From contig JAYWIR010000028.1 of assembly GCA_036172245.1 (NCBI GenBank), positions 868,001 through 932,000 on the forward strand: a stretch of DNA of 64,000 nt, given 5' to 3'. The position numbers and the translations under genes are program-made. Source of the DNA: Raillietiella orientalis. Its lineage: Eukaryota. Of the stretch, positions 13,301 to 26,600 are shown piece after piece. Under the pieces are notes generated by a model, which was given only the letters and a program-made list of their open reading frames with translations, did not search any database and had not been told where the DNA came from. Numbering within the stretch: the stretch's first letter is position 1; every line of letters begins with the position of its first letter.

Positions 13301-16300
13301 AGGGCGCTTTCCGTCGACCCGCCGGTAGAGGAGCTCTCGTCAGCTTCCCTCAGCGGAGGTGTCCTCAGGACGAAAGCTCACCCGGAACCACCTACACCCC
13401 TTTGCTGTCAGAAGCCCGGATCCCAAGCGGAGTTTGGAACATGACGAGCGGTAGTCAGTGGATTGCGGGATGCGGGAGCATTTCGAGGAAGACGGGGCGG
13501 GAGGTCCGCGGCCAACACCGTCCGTTGCGCGAAGTTGTTCTCGCGTAAGGAGGGCCACGTCGGCCTCGACGCCTTCCCCGACAGAACTCAACAGCTCCCC
13601 TCGATTGCTGCCGTACGCAGGAGCGGTCGCAGACAACGCACTCCATGATCCTTCCCGTGCTGCAGACTCCCCAAAGCCCTCGATGCTTCCTGGCGCATCA
13701 GTGGGACGAAACTTTGAAAAAGCGCCACCGCCAAACATCCTTCTGGAAGTTTTTCGAGATGCGCGCAAATTTTTCTTTCCTTTTTTTTTTTTTTTTTTCC
13801 CTTCTCGGGAAGGCCGACCACAGGAAGATCGGGGATCCTAAGATACCCTAAGATAGCCTTCCCCCCATGATTCGAACAAGTTGAAAGAAGGTAAGCTTGG
13901 AAGGACAGAGACGACGACTGTCACTGTTGCCGACTTTCAAGATGCAAGTCGGGGAGGCACACATCCACGAAAAGACCGAAGCCGGAAGAAAAAAAGAAAA
14001 AGGGAGGGGGGAAGAGTGCGCAACGGTAGGTTTTTTGGATTGCACATTTGCGCAATCCAAAAACCCTAGGTTGCATGTGTTTCTGGGAGAAAAGCCACGA
14101 GAAACTCAATCCTTTCTTCCAGTTCCTGGAAGCGATCGATTTCCCGGAACCCTTCTCTCTCTGCTCGCCTGAAGAGGGAGAGCTCTTCCCAATCGGCCTG
14201 GCATTCCGCGAAACGATCGCTCCCAAGGCCACTCGTTAATTGATTCCAAGATTACGCCTTACTGATCTGAAGACTTCGCCGATTTCGAAACATTCTGCAA
14301 AAAATTGGGAGCGAAAGTGCACAAAAAAAAAAAAAAAAAAGCGAGCGCACAAACAAATAGCAGATCGATAAGGAAGTAATCAACGAAAGAACATGTACTT
14401 GTGGATACGTAGGAAAACGGCCACGGAAGCTACAACTCTGCGCGGAAGTTTTTTCTGCCAACTCTTAGGACGGTTTCTCTGGCATCAGCACTCGAGGGGA
14501 AGATTTCGATCCGAAGAAGAGCGTTACTCATTCCGTGCCCTCCCCCCTCCCTCCCTCCCCCCCCCCCCCCTTACTGCTCTTTCCTCGACCCCTTTTTCAG
14601 TTGGAAACGCGAGCTGGATGAGGGAAGAGAGGGAGCAACAACAGAGGCTACAACGACCAAAAAGTACTCACGTAAAAATGCTTGGACTGGACGTTGAGGG
14701 AGGCGGGGCATTTTTCCAAGACGAAATCACGTTGGCACGCGTCGGGATCCAAGAGAAGCTGCAGCTGCTTCTCGCAATTTTCCTTGTTCCACGCGCCACG
14801 GATAGATATCGGTTCGTCCTAGGCCATGCTGTAGGGAGATCATCTTTGCGTTTGATAGTTTGCTACCTTCTTGCTCACGAGCCTCTCCCTGTCCGCAACG
14901 AATTGCTTTCGAAACGTGCACGGGCCGAGGAACAGTTCCTCTATCGTTTTATTCATGACCGTCACGGGAGGAGCACAGGGGTCGTCGATCCGCTGGAAGC
15001 CCGTGCTCAAGGGATCCTGAAACAACAACAGGCTTGCTTAAAACATGGATGGCATGAATTCGCCTCCCAGCAGCTCGTTCTCGAATCGTAGAGCGCTATC
15101 TTCAAAGAACAAAGGACAGCAATCTGCTCCTCACGTGACCACGTACCAGTCGGAGTCTACGCGGTGCTCTTGCCGTTGTGGTAGCAAGGGTTATCAAGAA
15201 GAGGCGGAGGTGGAGGAGGGAACGATGATGTTTCGAGCCATTTCTCTCAAGCTCCAATCGATGAAGGGGTCAGGAAAACTAGGTCACCAATCAATCAGGA
15301 GGCGGATATAAGTACTCAACAAAGAGTGATAAGGGCGAAGAGCACTTTGGAGGTTTCGCATCAACAACGTTCGGTACACACGGCGCGTACGTATATGGAC
15401 GTATGCGCACGCGACATCGATGATGGTTGAAAGGCTCCAGCAGGGATTAGGTTCTGGCCAAAGTCTGTGCGCTTTCTTTGTGTCACAACCGAGACTGAAA
15501 GACGCCGTAGTGGGCTGTTTTTCACCCTCGTTCCGGAAAGGTCGCGCCTCTACGGCATTCGGTCCCGCCACTCGGCAAGAAGAAGAAAAGCTCAGGTTAG
15601 TTCTTTTCTCCTGCTGCCGGAGATGCAATGCTTTCCTTTTTCCTTCCTTTTTTTTTTCGAAACGAATGGCAAATCGAACCGACGCTTGAAGCATCTCCAA
15701 ACCTCTCCTCACAGAGATCTCCCTCTCACCTGTATCATCCAGGAAAGATGGCGCAGATAAAGCTGGTCGATTCCCAAGCACAAAAAGGAAAAGGCGTCGA
15801 TTTTCCTTTCGTGTCCGAGAACGATGAACAGGGAAGCGTTGATGCTCCTGTTGGAAGCTGCAACAGCCACGGAAGACGAGTCTCCTCCCCAGTCCAACAT
15901 AGCCACCGTCTCGCGATTAGGCTAAAATAAAGAAGAAGAAAAAAAAAGGCCAAACAAGGGAACAAGGCGACAGGAACTCCCTCCCTGAGTTTCCTCTTCC
16001 CCTCCCCCCCCCTCAAGCCGGCATCTGATGGAAACAATAATTACGGGATAAGTCTATTGAGCAACGCGGCGCAAGAAGTTACAAGGTACAACAAGGTAAC
16101 GAAACAATGTGGAGAGTGTACGGTTTCGTGTCTCATGAATCGGTCAATCGGAAGAGGGGGTAACGACTCAACAGCCGAGGCTGAGAGAGACAAGATCGAT
16201 GGAGCAAAAAGATCCTAAAAAAAGGATGCTAAAGCCAATCTCTCAGAAACCGGCTAACCTCTTCAGAGGTCAGATCGATGTCTCAATGCACTCCTCCCTG

Positions 16301-19300
16301 CGTCACCTTGCCTCACTCGGTGGACCTAAAGCAGAGGAGACTGTCGAAAAGGTACAGGGACATTTTTTTTTTTTTTTTTTTCATCTCCTGACTTAATGCT
16401 GCTGCGCACCCTTTTCTTTGCGCGAGGTGACATCCAGTAAACACCGGTAAGCAAAATTACCGAGCCGGAATTTCTCCAATCGCTGCTCGCACGTGATGCA
16501 TGCAGTTATGCAGCATCCAAACGTGAGTTTCCAAGCACGTACGCCAGGGAGCAAGAGCATTCTTGTTTTATCACCTGGCACGAGTTTTCTTGATGGGAGA
16601 CCACGACCACTGCGGAATGTTAAACGAACGGAAGAATGAAGGACACGAGAAACGCGATGGCAGAAGAGCGGTTTCCGGGAGACCTGCTATGGCTGGAAAG
16701 TCTGTTCTGACAAGAAGCTCGCCCGGGAGCAAATGGATTTACCTTGAACAGGGTTTTGAGCATGTAGTTTCCAGCGACCCAGCCGAACATGGCCTCCTCG
16801 ACTCCAGTCAGCACCTTAAAATAGCTGCTTTTGAAAAGAAACCCGGAAGAGCTGAACGCAGAAATCAAACTTTGGACCGTTTCGTTCAAGAGAGTCTCAT
16901 TCGTCAGTCTAGAAAGACAAGAGAGGGAGTAAACCAGGGGTTGCTGAAGCACCGAAGGGAGAGCAAAAAAAAAACAAAATAAGAAACAAAAGTCCACATG
17001 CCTCAGCAATTCGAAGCCTGCACTTCCTCCTGCCAAAATGGGAGTCTTCGCAGCATCCAACTTGATGTGCTTCCTCGCACCCTCGAGGCACTTGCTGATC
17101 AGATCCTGTATCTTTTTTGAATTTTTCGTATGAGACAGGACGCTGCCACCTGCAACGCAAACATTCGTCTCACACTTGTGAAGGATTCTGAAGAACATCC
17201 GCTGGGCGAGAACGTGGCCGTCAAGCGTTTGGCCAGAAAAAAGTCATGTGTTCGCCCCAGAAATCACGCTAATGTTGATTAAACATTTATTAAACGAGCA
17301 GTCATCGCTCCGATGGGAGTGACATTTCGTTCCAGGGAAGGCGGGCGTTATGGAATAAGCATACATACGAGGACGACGGGACAGCCCTGGTGACGGGTGG
17401 GTGGGCTTTCGTTTCACCCTCGAGTACCGAGATTCGGATCAGCAGGAGAAGGGCAATGCAGGAAGCGGCGGACGGATTCAGGCGGCGCAAAACCCAGCGC
17501 GCCAGATTTCGAAACGACAACAGTTATTCGAATCCAGCACGGAACCCGCTATCGGGCCGTTTGTGGTCCACAACCCTCTCTGGAACCAAGGCAGACTTAG
17601 GCGCTGCAATGAGCGATGATTCGCGGTTAAGAAGATGCGGCAAAGATGCCCAGGCAAAGCATAGGATCAGACCACAGGATCAGAATTCCACGGTTCCAGT
17701 CTCAACAACCGTATGCTTCCACGAGGTGAGGAAGAGAGTCTTAAGGTAAAGGAAAAAGGCACGAGCGGTGGAGCAAGCTGTAAGGGGTTTGTGCTGCTTC
17801 ATGAAGCTTCAATTGAACACTGTGGTGATGTCGAGATCAAGTAAAAGATCACTGAGGCGACGAGATGGTTCACCAGCATATCGTGGTTGGCACAATAGCT
17901 GTTTCTACGGATTATGAAGAAGGGACATTATTCCTATTAAAAGGCTCTAATAAGGACACTTTGTTGGATAGAAATTATTATTAAATTCCTTTTCTGTGAA
18001 TAGCTAGTTTTTCGCACATAAAACTAGAGGAATTCGTTTTTCGCCAGTAGAAGAGGAAAAAACACACACACACACACACAATCAGCAGCTCCACAAAATT
18101 TTGGAATACAACTTTTGCCTGCTTTAGTGCTCGATAAAGGAGGGGAGGGGGGGATGGCAGGATGTAACCTCAGGATTCCATGCTTTTGAGTGCCCTCGAC
18201 TTGAGACAAGAATGACAAGGGCTAAGAACGTCGATTTTGCAAACTGAAGGGTTTATTGGTAGGGAACAGATCTTTCTCGAGAGACCCAAGTTTCCAGAGC
18301 CAAATGCATGAGGAGCAAACATTGAGTTTTGCATACCTTTGCAATTAAGAGTGTGGACTTCGGTCATTTCCTCCGTCGCGTTGGGTGCAACCTGGGGCCA
18401 TTTAAACAGAGTCATCTGCGTGTGGTAGGATCCCAGGTCGAAGACGATAGCGTACTGGAAAACAGATGCTGCGGTCAAATCCCGCATTCAAAAAGCGCAG
18501 GTTCCAAGCACATAGCAGACGGCGCCGAGCGACCAGGGACAGCCGATGAACAGATTCTACAATACGAAAAGCCCCTGCCAAACTGCAGGTTGAGGATGGT
18601 GTGCACGATTTGCTTTATCCCAGTGAAAATTTTCAGAAAGCTACTGAAAAACATGAGGGGAAAGGGAGAAAATTCCTTGCGGAAGCACACCGTACGCAGT
18701 GGACTAAGAGGAAAACAGTTTATGTCTTCCTTTTTCCAGTAGGAAAAATTGGCGACAAGTGGGGACATCTTGACTCTAGAAGGAACTGCCCGGATCCTCA
18801 GTCTTTAAGCTGCCGCTACTCTGATAAAACGCAAGCGCTCTTTCTCTGGTGGGGGCGGTAATTCACACCACCTGACTCGATCGTTGCGTTGGCAGCCTGC
18901 AAAGATCGAAAGGGTGAGGGATGAGCATGCCTGAACTTTCGTTCTTTTCCTTTGGCAGCTCGCCGCTAAAGGCGTCGGCTGAGGTTGGAAACCTCTTCCA
19001 AGCATGCTGTGTGTCTTCCGGGCACGGAAAAAGAATTGCCCAATCGCTCCCTCATCCACTAGACGCAAACTGGTCCAGCAGATCGCATGCCTCGGATGCG
19101 GGTCGCAATTTCTCCGGAGGCAAGACGAACGCACGCAAATGCGGAAGTCTGCCCCGGCTAGATCCAGTGCCTGCCTTTTTCCAGAACCAACGTGGTCCAC
19201 TGGTGAGGTGGCTCCTAGTCCTCGCGCGTCCACAGGCCAGGACAAAATGTCTGGCGAGCGATACAGAAGGTTTGTGGGTTGTCATAACGGGAATTGAATT

Positions 19301-20081
19301 CATCTCTTTCCCATCAAAAAAAAAAAAAGCTGCTGTCCGCCTTCCCGATACAAGAAATGAAGAGGAATAAAAAAAAAAAAAAAAATGCATCGCATGGAAC
19401 TGTTCGGTTTCTGCTTGCATTCCTTCTTGATCTGTAGGCACATGGACGAAAGCAAGACCATGTGAAGTGCCGAAGACGATAAATCCCCATGGTCACCGTT
19501 TTCACCGCGACAAGCCGACGCGTGCGTTATCCGCCAATTAACCATCAAGTCATTAAATCCATAAAAGCAAGAGATAGTTCCATTCGAATCTTCTCCGGAA
19601 AAAAAAAAAGGCGTCAGCTAATTGGCTGGAGGAATTATCTCGCGACTTCGGAGAACTGGAATAAGTATTCTCTGTGTGAGGGGGAGCTTGAGGACGCTAG
19701 CGACGATCCAAGGCACGCCCGGCGCCACCGCTGTCCTCCCGCACCTCCGATCCGACCATCTGCCACCTTCGACTCTTGGTCTCCTTGGTGGTGCTGTCCG
19801 CGCCAATTGGAAACGCGCGGCGGAGCCGGTAGAGAAAGGAGGGGCTAAACGCACTGGGAGGCAAGCGATGAGACAGAATGCCTGCCATCCCACAAAGCGT
19901 GCATCCTGTCACCACCACCACCACCACCACCACCACTCACCCCCAATTGCCTTCTACATACCTCCGAATCGCAGCTGACAGTGAAAAAATAGATGAGGAG
20001 GACTCCCACGCAACCGAAGAATCCGATCGTGGCCGACATGATGGCGAACAACACGGGGGAATCCTCCCTGGGTTTCGCCAT
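7310..20081 (-). CDS. GDA1/CD39 family ecto-nucleoside triphosphate diphosphohydrolase (NTPDase/apyrase)-like protein, 575 aa, N- and C-terminal TM helices
   Basis: Exons in transcript order: 20081-19962, 18454-18337, 17149-17002, 16908-16743, 15921-15730, 15016-14867, 14818-14672, 8289-8044, 7750-7310; total 1728 nt with all phases compatible. Motifs: N-terminal TM (LFAIMSATIGFFGCVGVLLIYFF), ACR1 YAIVFDLGSYHT, ACR2 GGSAGFELL, ACR3 LTGVEEAMFGWVAGNY, ACR4 DWGGDS, SFLCLG, FYAFS, LCF, ACR5 SWSLG, C-terminal TM (ISLSILFFVFFAASIAYII). Confidence 0.9.
19910..19936. repeat. (CAC)n microsatellite in NTPDase intron 1
   Basis: About 9 tandem CAC units. Confidence 0.9.
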
Positions 20082-22302
20082 GGCTCTCAGTGCTCCTGAA
20101 CCCGGAAAGAGAAAGAACAAAAAAGAGGAAAATCAACACTGTCGCCGCTGGTCCGCGAAAGGGCGACGGGACGATGACGGCATCGAACCGGCGGAACTCG
20201 CCTGGAGAAAACCTGCCAGGAGAGCTTCTCCAGAACGTTAACCTGAGGGCGAGATTCCGACCAATGGGAAAGAATTCTTGACCTTGAAGTGTTGCAAGTT
20301 CATTGACTCGTCCAGCTCTGAGATCGGGAATACAAGAGCTGAACGAGCAGTACGGGAGAGCTTTCCCCTTACGAGCGATTGGTTGGCGAAGAAACGCGAG
20401 CCAACGCGCACGCGACGATAGCGCGTTTCATCCCCCTCCGCATGCCTGGCATCTATCCTGTGCTGCCTCTGGCACGTTGGAACCACCGAACAAACGGGCA
20501 GATAGCCGGCAAAGGGGGAGAAGGGGCACAACAACCGGAAAGAAGGAACCGCGGCGCGCCTCGCGGTCGTCCTCGCCCTCCGCAACCCCCTATGTTGTCC
20601 CTTGGGAAGGGTGGGATGAGTACGTGAGGTGGCTCATCGCACTTGCACTTTGACCTTAGCCAAAGGACCGAGAAGCAATTGCACGAACTGCAGGAGGGAG
20701 AGAGGGACAAGAGAAAGCTCTCTTGATAGCGTACCGGATCGCGTACCGGTTGGCGGTGCAGCTTCCCGGTGCTGGACCGCGGCGGAGCGAAGGCCATGTG
20801 TGCCAGCGTCGCTGACAGCGACTTATTAAGAAGAAAAATGATCGCCTTACTAGCGTCTCCTGTGATGAACTGTTCGGGCTCCCGCTTGGACCTCTCGCCT
20901 CAGCTTCACTATACCTGCCTTCCACAGGTACACGGTTCCTCTGCCAGCCGGCGATCTCTCCCTCTGGCGATCGGGAATTCGCAGGATCTTTCCTCCGCGA
21001 GGCCGACAAGCATGATTAATTAGACACCAGAGTCATCTGTTTCTGATGTAACGCTTTCATCAGTTGATATAAGCCAATCACGCATAAGTCATCAACTCGA
21101 TCCACGAGATCTATAGCATCCGAGATAAAGAATCCAGTTTCCCTCTCCCCCCCCACCTCTTTTTGAGCTTCCTTGTCGAGAGCATGGGCTCAGATAAGAA
21201 TGCCTGACGACCAACTCGTGAACGCAGTTCATTCAGACATCGCACCATTCGGCACCGATTTCGAAATCTGAGATGGTGACGCACAGTACCTTCTTCCTGA
21301 CATCAATACCTTGGGTTTTGTGTGATATTATTTCGGGAAACTTTACTTCGTTGCGAAAGAAGCGAGCAGAGGAAAAGCAACAGCAACGCAGAAAACGAAA
21401 CTTCCTCCAGGAAATTCCTTTGCTCGCATCATGAAACGCAGTCTTGACTTTCTTCCGAGAGCACCTTCTTTGTGTGTCGACCATTGCATTCTGGTGACCA
21501 GACAGGTTTGTCTTTTCAAGAGTTTTTTGAATGACGATCTCGAAGGCTGACTTTTTTTTTTTTTTTTTTCTTCCTCCATCCAAGAGAGAGATGCTGCTGC
21601 TGCACTACATCAAAGAGGAGGTGCAAGTAACAAATAGTAACGCAGCAGTGTGACAAAGCAGTCCGAAACGGTAAATAACTCCAGGAGGAGATACTAAATC
21701 TTTTTATTAGCACAGCTGGTCTGTGTGTTTATCGGTGAGATCCTTGGCAGTAGGAAAATTCGTACTCTTTCTGCGCAGCTCGTTAGTGGATGCACACACA
21801 ATTCGTGTTACCAAAGCGCGAGCATGGCCGCGGTCGCATGCCGTGGTCTTGGCGTGGCGCACGCTGTTGTGTTCTCTGCCATACAACGGTGGTGTTGGGA
21901 CGTGGCGGCAGAAGCGATTTAGGGCAATGCTCCGGACGGTCCCAGCAGCCACCGTTGCTGATGAGAGTTTCATTGGTTATCCAAGCCAAGCAATTGAAAG
22001 AACAGGAGCGCGAAAACAACCAACACATCCGCATCGCACGTGAAAAATCACATGAGAGCATTCAAAGCGGAAAAAGAAATCGACGGAGGATGGAGGTTCA
22101 CCAAGGATTTTTATGCATCCGCAGTTTCTTCATTTTATTTCATTTTTTTGTCTCGAGAAATCGGCGTTCCGAATTGCATATCCAGAAATAGCAATCATTT
22201 TTTTAGATAAGAAATAGTCTCAGTGTAATTATCCATAGAAATGGCTATCAGCTTATTCTTAACTGAATTCCATGAGGATAATTATTGAAATTCCGACATA
22301 CA

Positions 22303-22334
<32 letters not shown>

Positions 22335-23627
22335 GCTACAGAAACATGTAATGGAATTAGCGGGACTCATCGAACTATTCTTTGCTGGCACGGAGGTTCT
22401 ATTTTAGAGTGGATGTAAGTGTGTGGAAAACACATCTATCCAGCATTAGACGTCAAAACGGAAAATCGCTGCGAGCACCATCCCTTCGATAGCCACCTGA
22501 GATCGTTGCACCGCCCTCCGCCAGCGTGCTGGAAGCTGTGGATTTCGTCTCGTGGTGCGCGAGTTGGCGCTACTGAGATGGATGGTTGGAGGATGGCAAA
22601 CATATTGTGGGGACTTCCGCTTCGTTAGCTCGGGGACCGCACTAGCTCCATCCTGGGTACGAATCAACCAAGTTTCTACTACGACCTCCTGATCCATAGA
22701 AACTTTAGCCAGACGATGCTTCCATTCCATTCTGGAAGTTTCTTTCTCATCTCCTTTTTCTTTTTACGATAATGAATAATTAGCGCATCATCGTCAACTA
22801 TAAAAACGATGACTTTTTTTCTCAATAATTTCGACAAATCTTACAGGAAAAAAAAAAAGGGTGGTAACGACTAGGTTAATTAGAAGAGCTAGATCTTTCA
22901 TTTGCTAACACAGGTAAACTTTCTGCCTTGCTAGAAGGCACGCATGGCATTTCCCGGCTACGTGGGGGACATCCCTTGAACCTTATTGTTCCAAAAATGT
23001 TCCAAGATCGTTGCTCTGATATGTATCCATCATCCACCTTAACTTCATCATCACCAGCGTTTCTCTTAGTAAGGATTTTCCGTTTTCTGCCATTTGGGAC
23101 AGAAGGTTTCGCTTCGATGGAAAAATGGGAACTGCCCTTTGGGATCCGGCGGTCACTCCGGTCCGAATTCGCAAACGAATCGCAAAGAGTCCCTAAAGTC
23201 GTAGTTCTTGCACAAATACGCTACGGTTAGCACGTTCCACTCCTCTAACTTCTCTCTCTTTGTTCTTCTCATGTTGTAAGAAAGCACGTAGAGATAAGTG
23301 GAGTTCCCATCCTAGGATAGAAAAGGGGGAGGGATTCGAAACGGTCTAGCCGTTCAGCAGGGGTTGCTGCAAACTGGGGTGGAACATATATCAGCCTGAA
23401 TTCGGAAATGCGAGTCCCCTCCAGCCCGGAGAGGAATACATACATCCTGCGGAATGGACATTCACGTGTCTTCAAACTGAAGCGGCAGGAAAATGCGGAT
23501 TTCGATATTCACGTGCAAATTTTTTTTTTTTTTTTTTCCCCCCCTCCCTCTCTCCTTTACAGATTGGACGTCTGCCACGGGAAAGAGTAGACGAGAGAAA
23601 GTCTCCTTCCTTAGCGAAGAGCCTATG

Positions 23628-23629
<2 letters not shown>

Positions 23630-23658
<29 letters not shown>
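23630..23658. repeat. (TA)n microsatellite
   Basis: About 14 tandem TA units. Confidence 0.95.
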
Positions 23659-23660
<2 letters not shown>

Positions 23661-26600
23661 CAAGAACAAATCTGCAGGTTTTTAGAGTGGGAATCGAATT
23701 CGTTCGAAATGTACCCTGGTTTTGATGGTGATGCTGAACTTTTTCCTCTAACGTTATGGTTCAGTCAAATGCAGTGAATCAAGAGTTTGAAAGTTCAGCC
23801 TGACGGTTCCAAGGTCAATAGTACGAAACGCATGCCACAGTTGTACGCTCTTGAAAACTCCTCAAAGAAATGGAGAAGGTCACAACCGATTTTGCAGCAC
23901 CCATCGTCAGGACACGAAGAGCTGCAAATAATTGCATAAAATCATATGCTTATTGATAAGAATGCAGCAGAAAACCTCCGGAGGTTCGCTGCGTTGCCGA
24001 TTTGTTTTCTTTTACGCCAGCACGAGTGGTGAATTTGCTAAAGGATCGGATTGGTTCCGTCGGCGTCGCCGCAGGACATGAAATCAGCTGTTCCAGAGGC
24101 GATCCAGACAGGTCTGGATCGGTGTGTCGAAATCAGCTGCGCCTGCAATTTGCAAACACCGCGTTCGTGTGTGTGTGTGTGCGTGTGTGTGTGTTTTGCG
24201 TGAAAAAAAAAAAAAACAGACCCCACGTACCGATATGGAGAGGCCAAAGCTAAGCAGAGACGATCTGTCTGCGTCACTGACTTCCAGTCTTTTAAAACCC
24301 TAAGCACGCCGCTGCACTTTTTGAAACTGCCACGGCTGCTTTATGCGAAATCGTATAGGCATTGAGCTTCGCTTACCGATGCCAAGGAGCACCCAGCCAG
24401 GGGTCCTCCCGTACTCGTTACAGTCTATCGTACGACAGGTCCCCCTCCCTTCCGATAGTCGGATGGGGGGGGGGGGGGCAAAAATATTCGTTTCGCACTA
24501 AAACACACGCGCGCGCACTTTTCAAACGCAAACTCCTTTTTGCAAACTCCTTCAATCAAAACGAAAGAGCTTCACTGTGAATAGCAACCTCGGGGGAATT
24601 CAACAAATTTTTTTTTTTTTTTTTTCTTTCCCACCCCCCCCCCCTTTCGACCTTCATTAGTACATTCACACGTACACACTACGTACTCCCAGACATGCTC
24701 TAAATGAACTCAGAAATCACTCGAATCACCATGCCAGTGTAGGTTGCCGTCTGCTACTTGGGAATGGGTTCTCGAATCACATTTTCAAAGTCACTCGTTT
24801 TCTTCCACTAATACATTCCGCAAAGGGGAACTGCGCAGTGTGATTGCAATGTAACCTGCACATGTTTACTCGGGAATATTTAATGTAAACACGGAGGAGG
24901 AGTTTCCACGCACGTGGCGGTGGAAAAAGTAGCCGTTTCCACCGTGGGACGCGTTCTTTGCAAGCGACCGGCGGCTCTGCCTTGGGAGGTGCAAAGACTG
25001 CCGCGCGAATTCGCCGGCATTCCCTCCCAAAATGTCTTTCCCACGTTACGACGGGGAGGTGCAGCGGAAGGGAGAAACTTACTCTTCGGCCGGGTGCTTC
25101 CGGGACGCCAATAACCAAAAGCTTCATTTTAAGGACAGTTTCAAAGAGCGCGGCGACGTGCTTGGGATGCTCCTTGCAGATCCGACGCCGACCCCGCCGG
25201 GAGGAACCTACGAACAGGGAACCCCTTCATACCACTGCCACCTCCAGACAGGACAAGTCCCACGTCAAAATTGCACGTGGACGTTTCAAACAAATCAACA
25301 AGGCATACGGACTTTCTTGCACCTACGGTTTCCTTTTTCTTTTCTTCTTCTTTTCGTTCTGAGAAACCAGTGTTCCGAACTGAATTTCCGGGGATCCCAA
25401 TCAGCTTTGGAATCAGAGATGGCTTTAGAAAAATCATCCATAGGGATGCCGAACTCCGCAAGGATTAGCATGCATCATTCTCTTATCCAAGGCAAGGCTT
25501 AGTTACGTCACAAAACTTACTTACGTCACTTTTCCACAGGAGTTCAATCGGAACACGAATTCAGCTGCCGCCACCCTGCCCCCCCCCCCCCAAATCTACG
25601 CCGCCGATTGACCTTCGATGGCACTTTTGACCACGGAGCGAGGGTTAATCGTGACGTGATTCGAGTTCCCAGTTGTCTTCGACGGTCTGAATTCACTTGC
25701 ATTCCATCTTCTTTTTTTTTTTTTTTTTCCCATCAAACCGCCCGAAACAGGAATTTTCTTTTTCTTCGGGGAAAGCTTCCGGGCGCTCAGGAAAGCTCCG
25801 CTTTCTCGATTCCTCCAGCAGCACAGAGTGCTCCTGAAAAGTTGGGCGCTTGGAGGCGTCGCGACTTCCTTGGGTTGACCCGTGAACCCAAGGAATGCGT
25901 GCTCTTCGGAGTTTGCCGTTCGTCGGGTCTTCGGAGCGGCCTCCAAGGAACCACAAGCATCTCCAGTGACGTGCACTTTCCCAGCTGAGGATGGCGTCCC
26001 GGCAAGCTGGAGGGGAAGAGGGGGAGGACGGAGGCGCCGACTTGCAGCCATTCCGGACAGGCTGTTGGGTCGCACGCGGAAAGCTTTCCCCGAGGCGGTG
26101 ACCACCGTTCTAACGTGAATTTCTGTACCAAGTACTAGCAAGTCACCTGAAACCAAGAGGAACAAAAAAGTACATGTAAGGCACCAAAAAAAATAATTCA
26201 CCGAGAGAAACGAGGAATTATCATGCAGATGGTTATGATTGGTTATGATGCAGCAAAAAACAATGTATTATCCAACAAGACCGTTTATCGATCTCTCTTT
26301 TTTTTTTTTTTTTTCGAAAAGAAAAAAAAAAACACCAAAACACTTCGATTTTTCCCAAGATGTAAGATAACGAAAGCAACATCGACACATTTGAAAATAA
26401 AAAAAAGCAAAAAACTGCCGCTGGCGTGAAGATACTCATACAATGCATAAAGAACAAAGAAATAAATACGAAGGCGTTCAAATCGAAACAAACCTCGAAA
26501 ATTAACGCAGACACTTGGTATGAATAGCACAGTGATGAAAGATAAGGTACAATGCAAAATAAGGCTTAGAAAACGTTACAACATAAGCATGGCATGGGGA

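Noticed and set aside
8290..14671. Many overlapping 100-230 aa ORFs in the 6.4-kb NTPDase intron
   Set aside because: GC-rich sequence with ORFs in all six frames, Arg/Ser/Pro-biased, no recognisable domain or consistent splice chain.
15058..15100. Possible extra small NTPDase exon with a GC donor
   Set aside because: Flanking exons already join in phase 0 and give a continuous family-like sequence.
24958..25502. QNCTWTF resembles a CUB-domain motif
   Set aside because: No other CUB residues and no compatible neighbouring exons.
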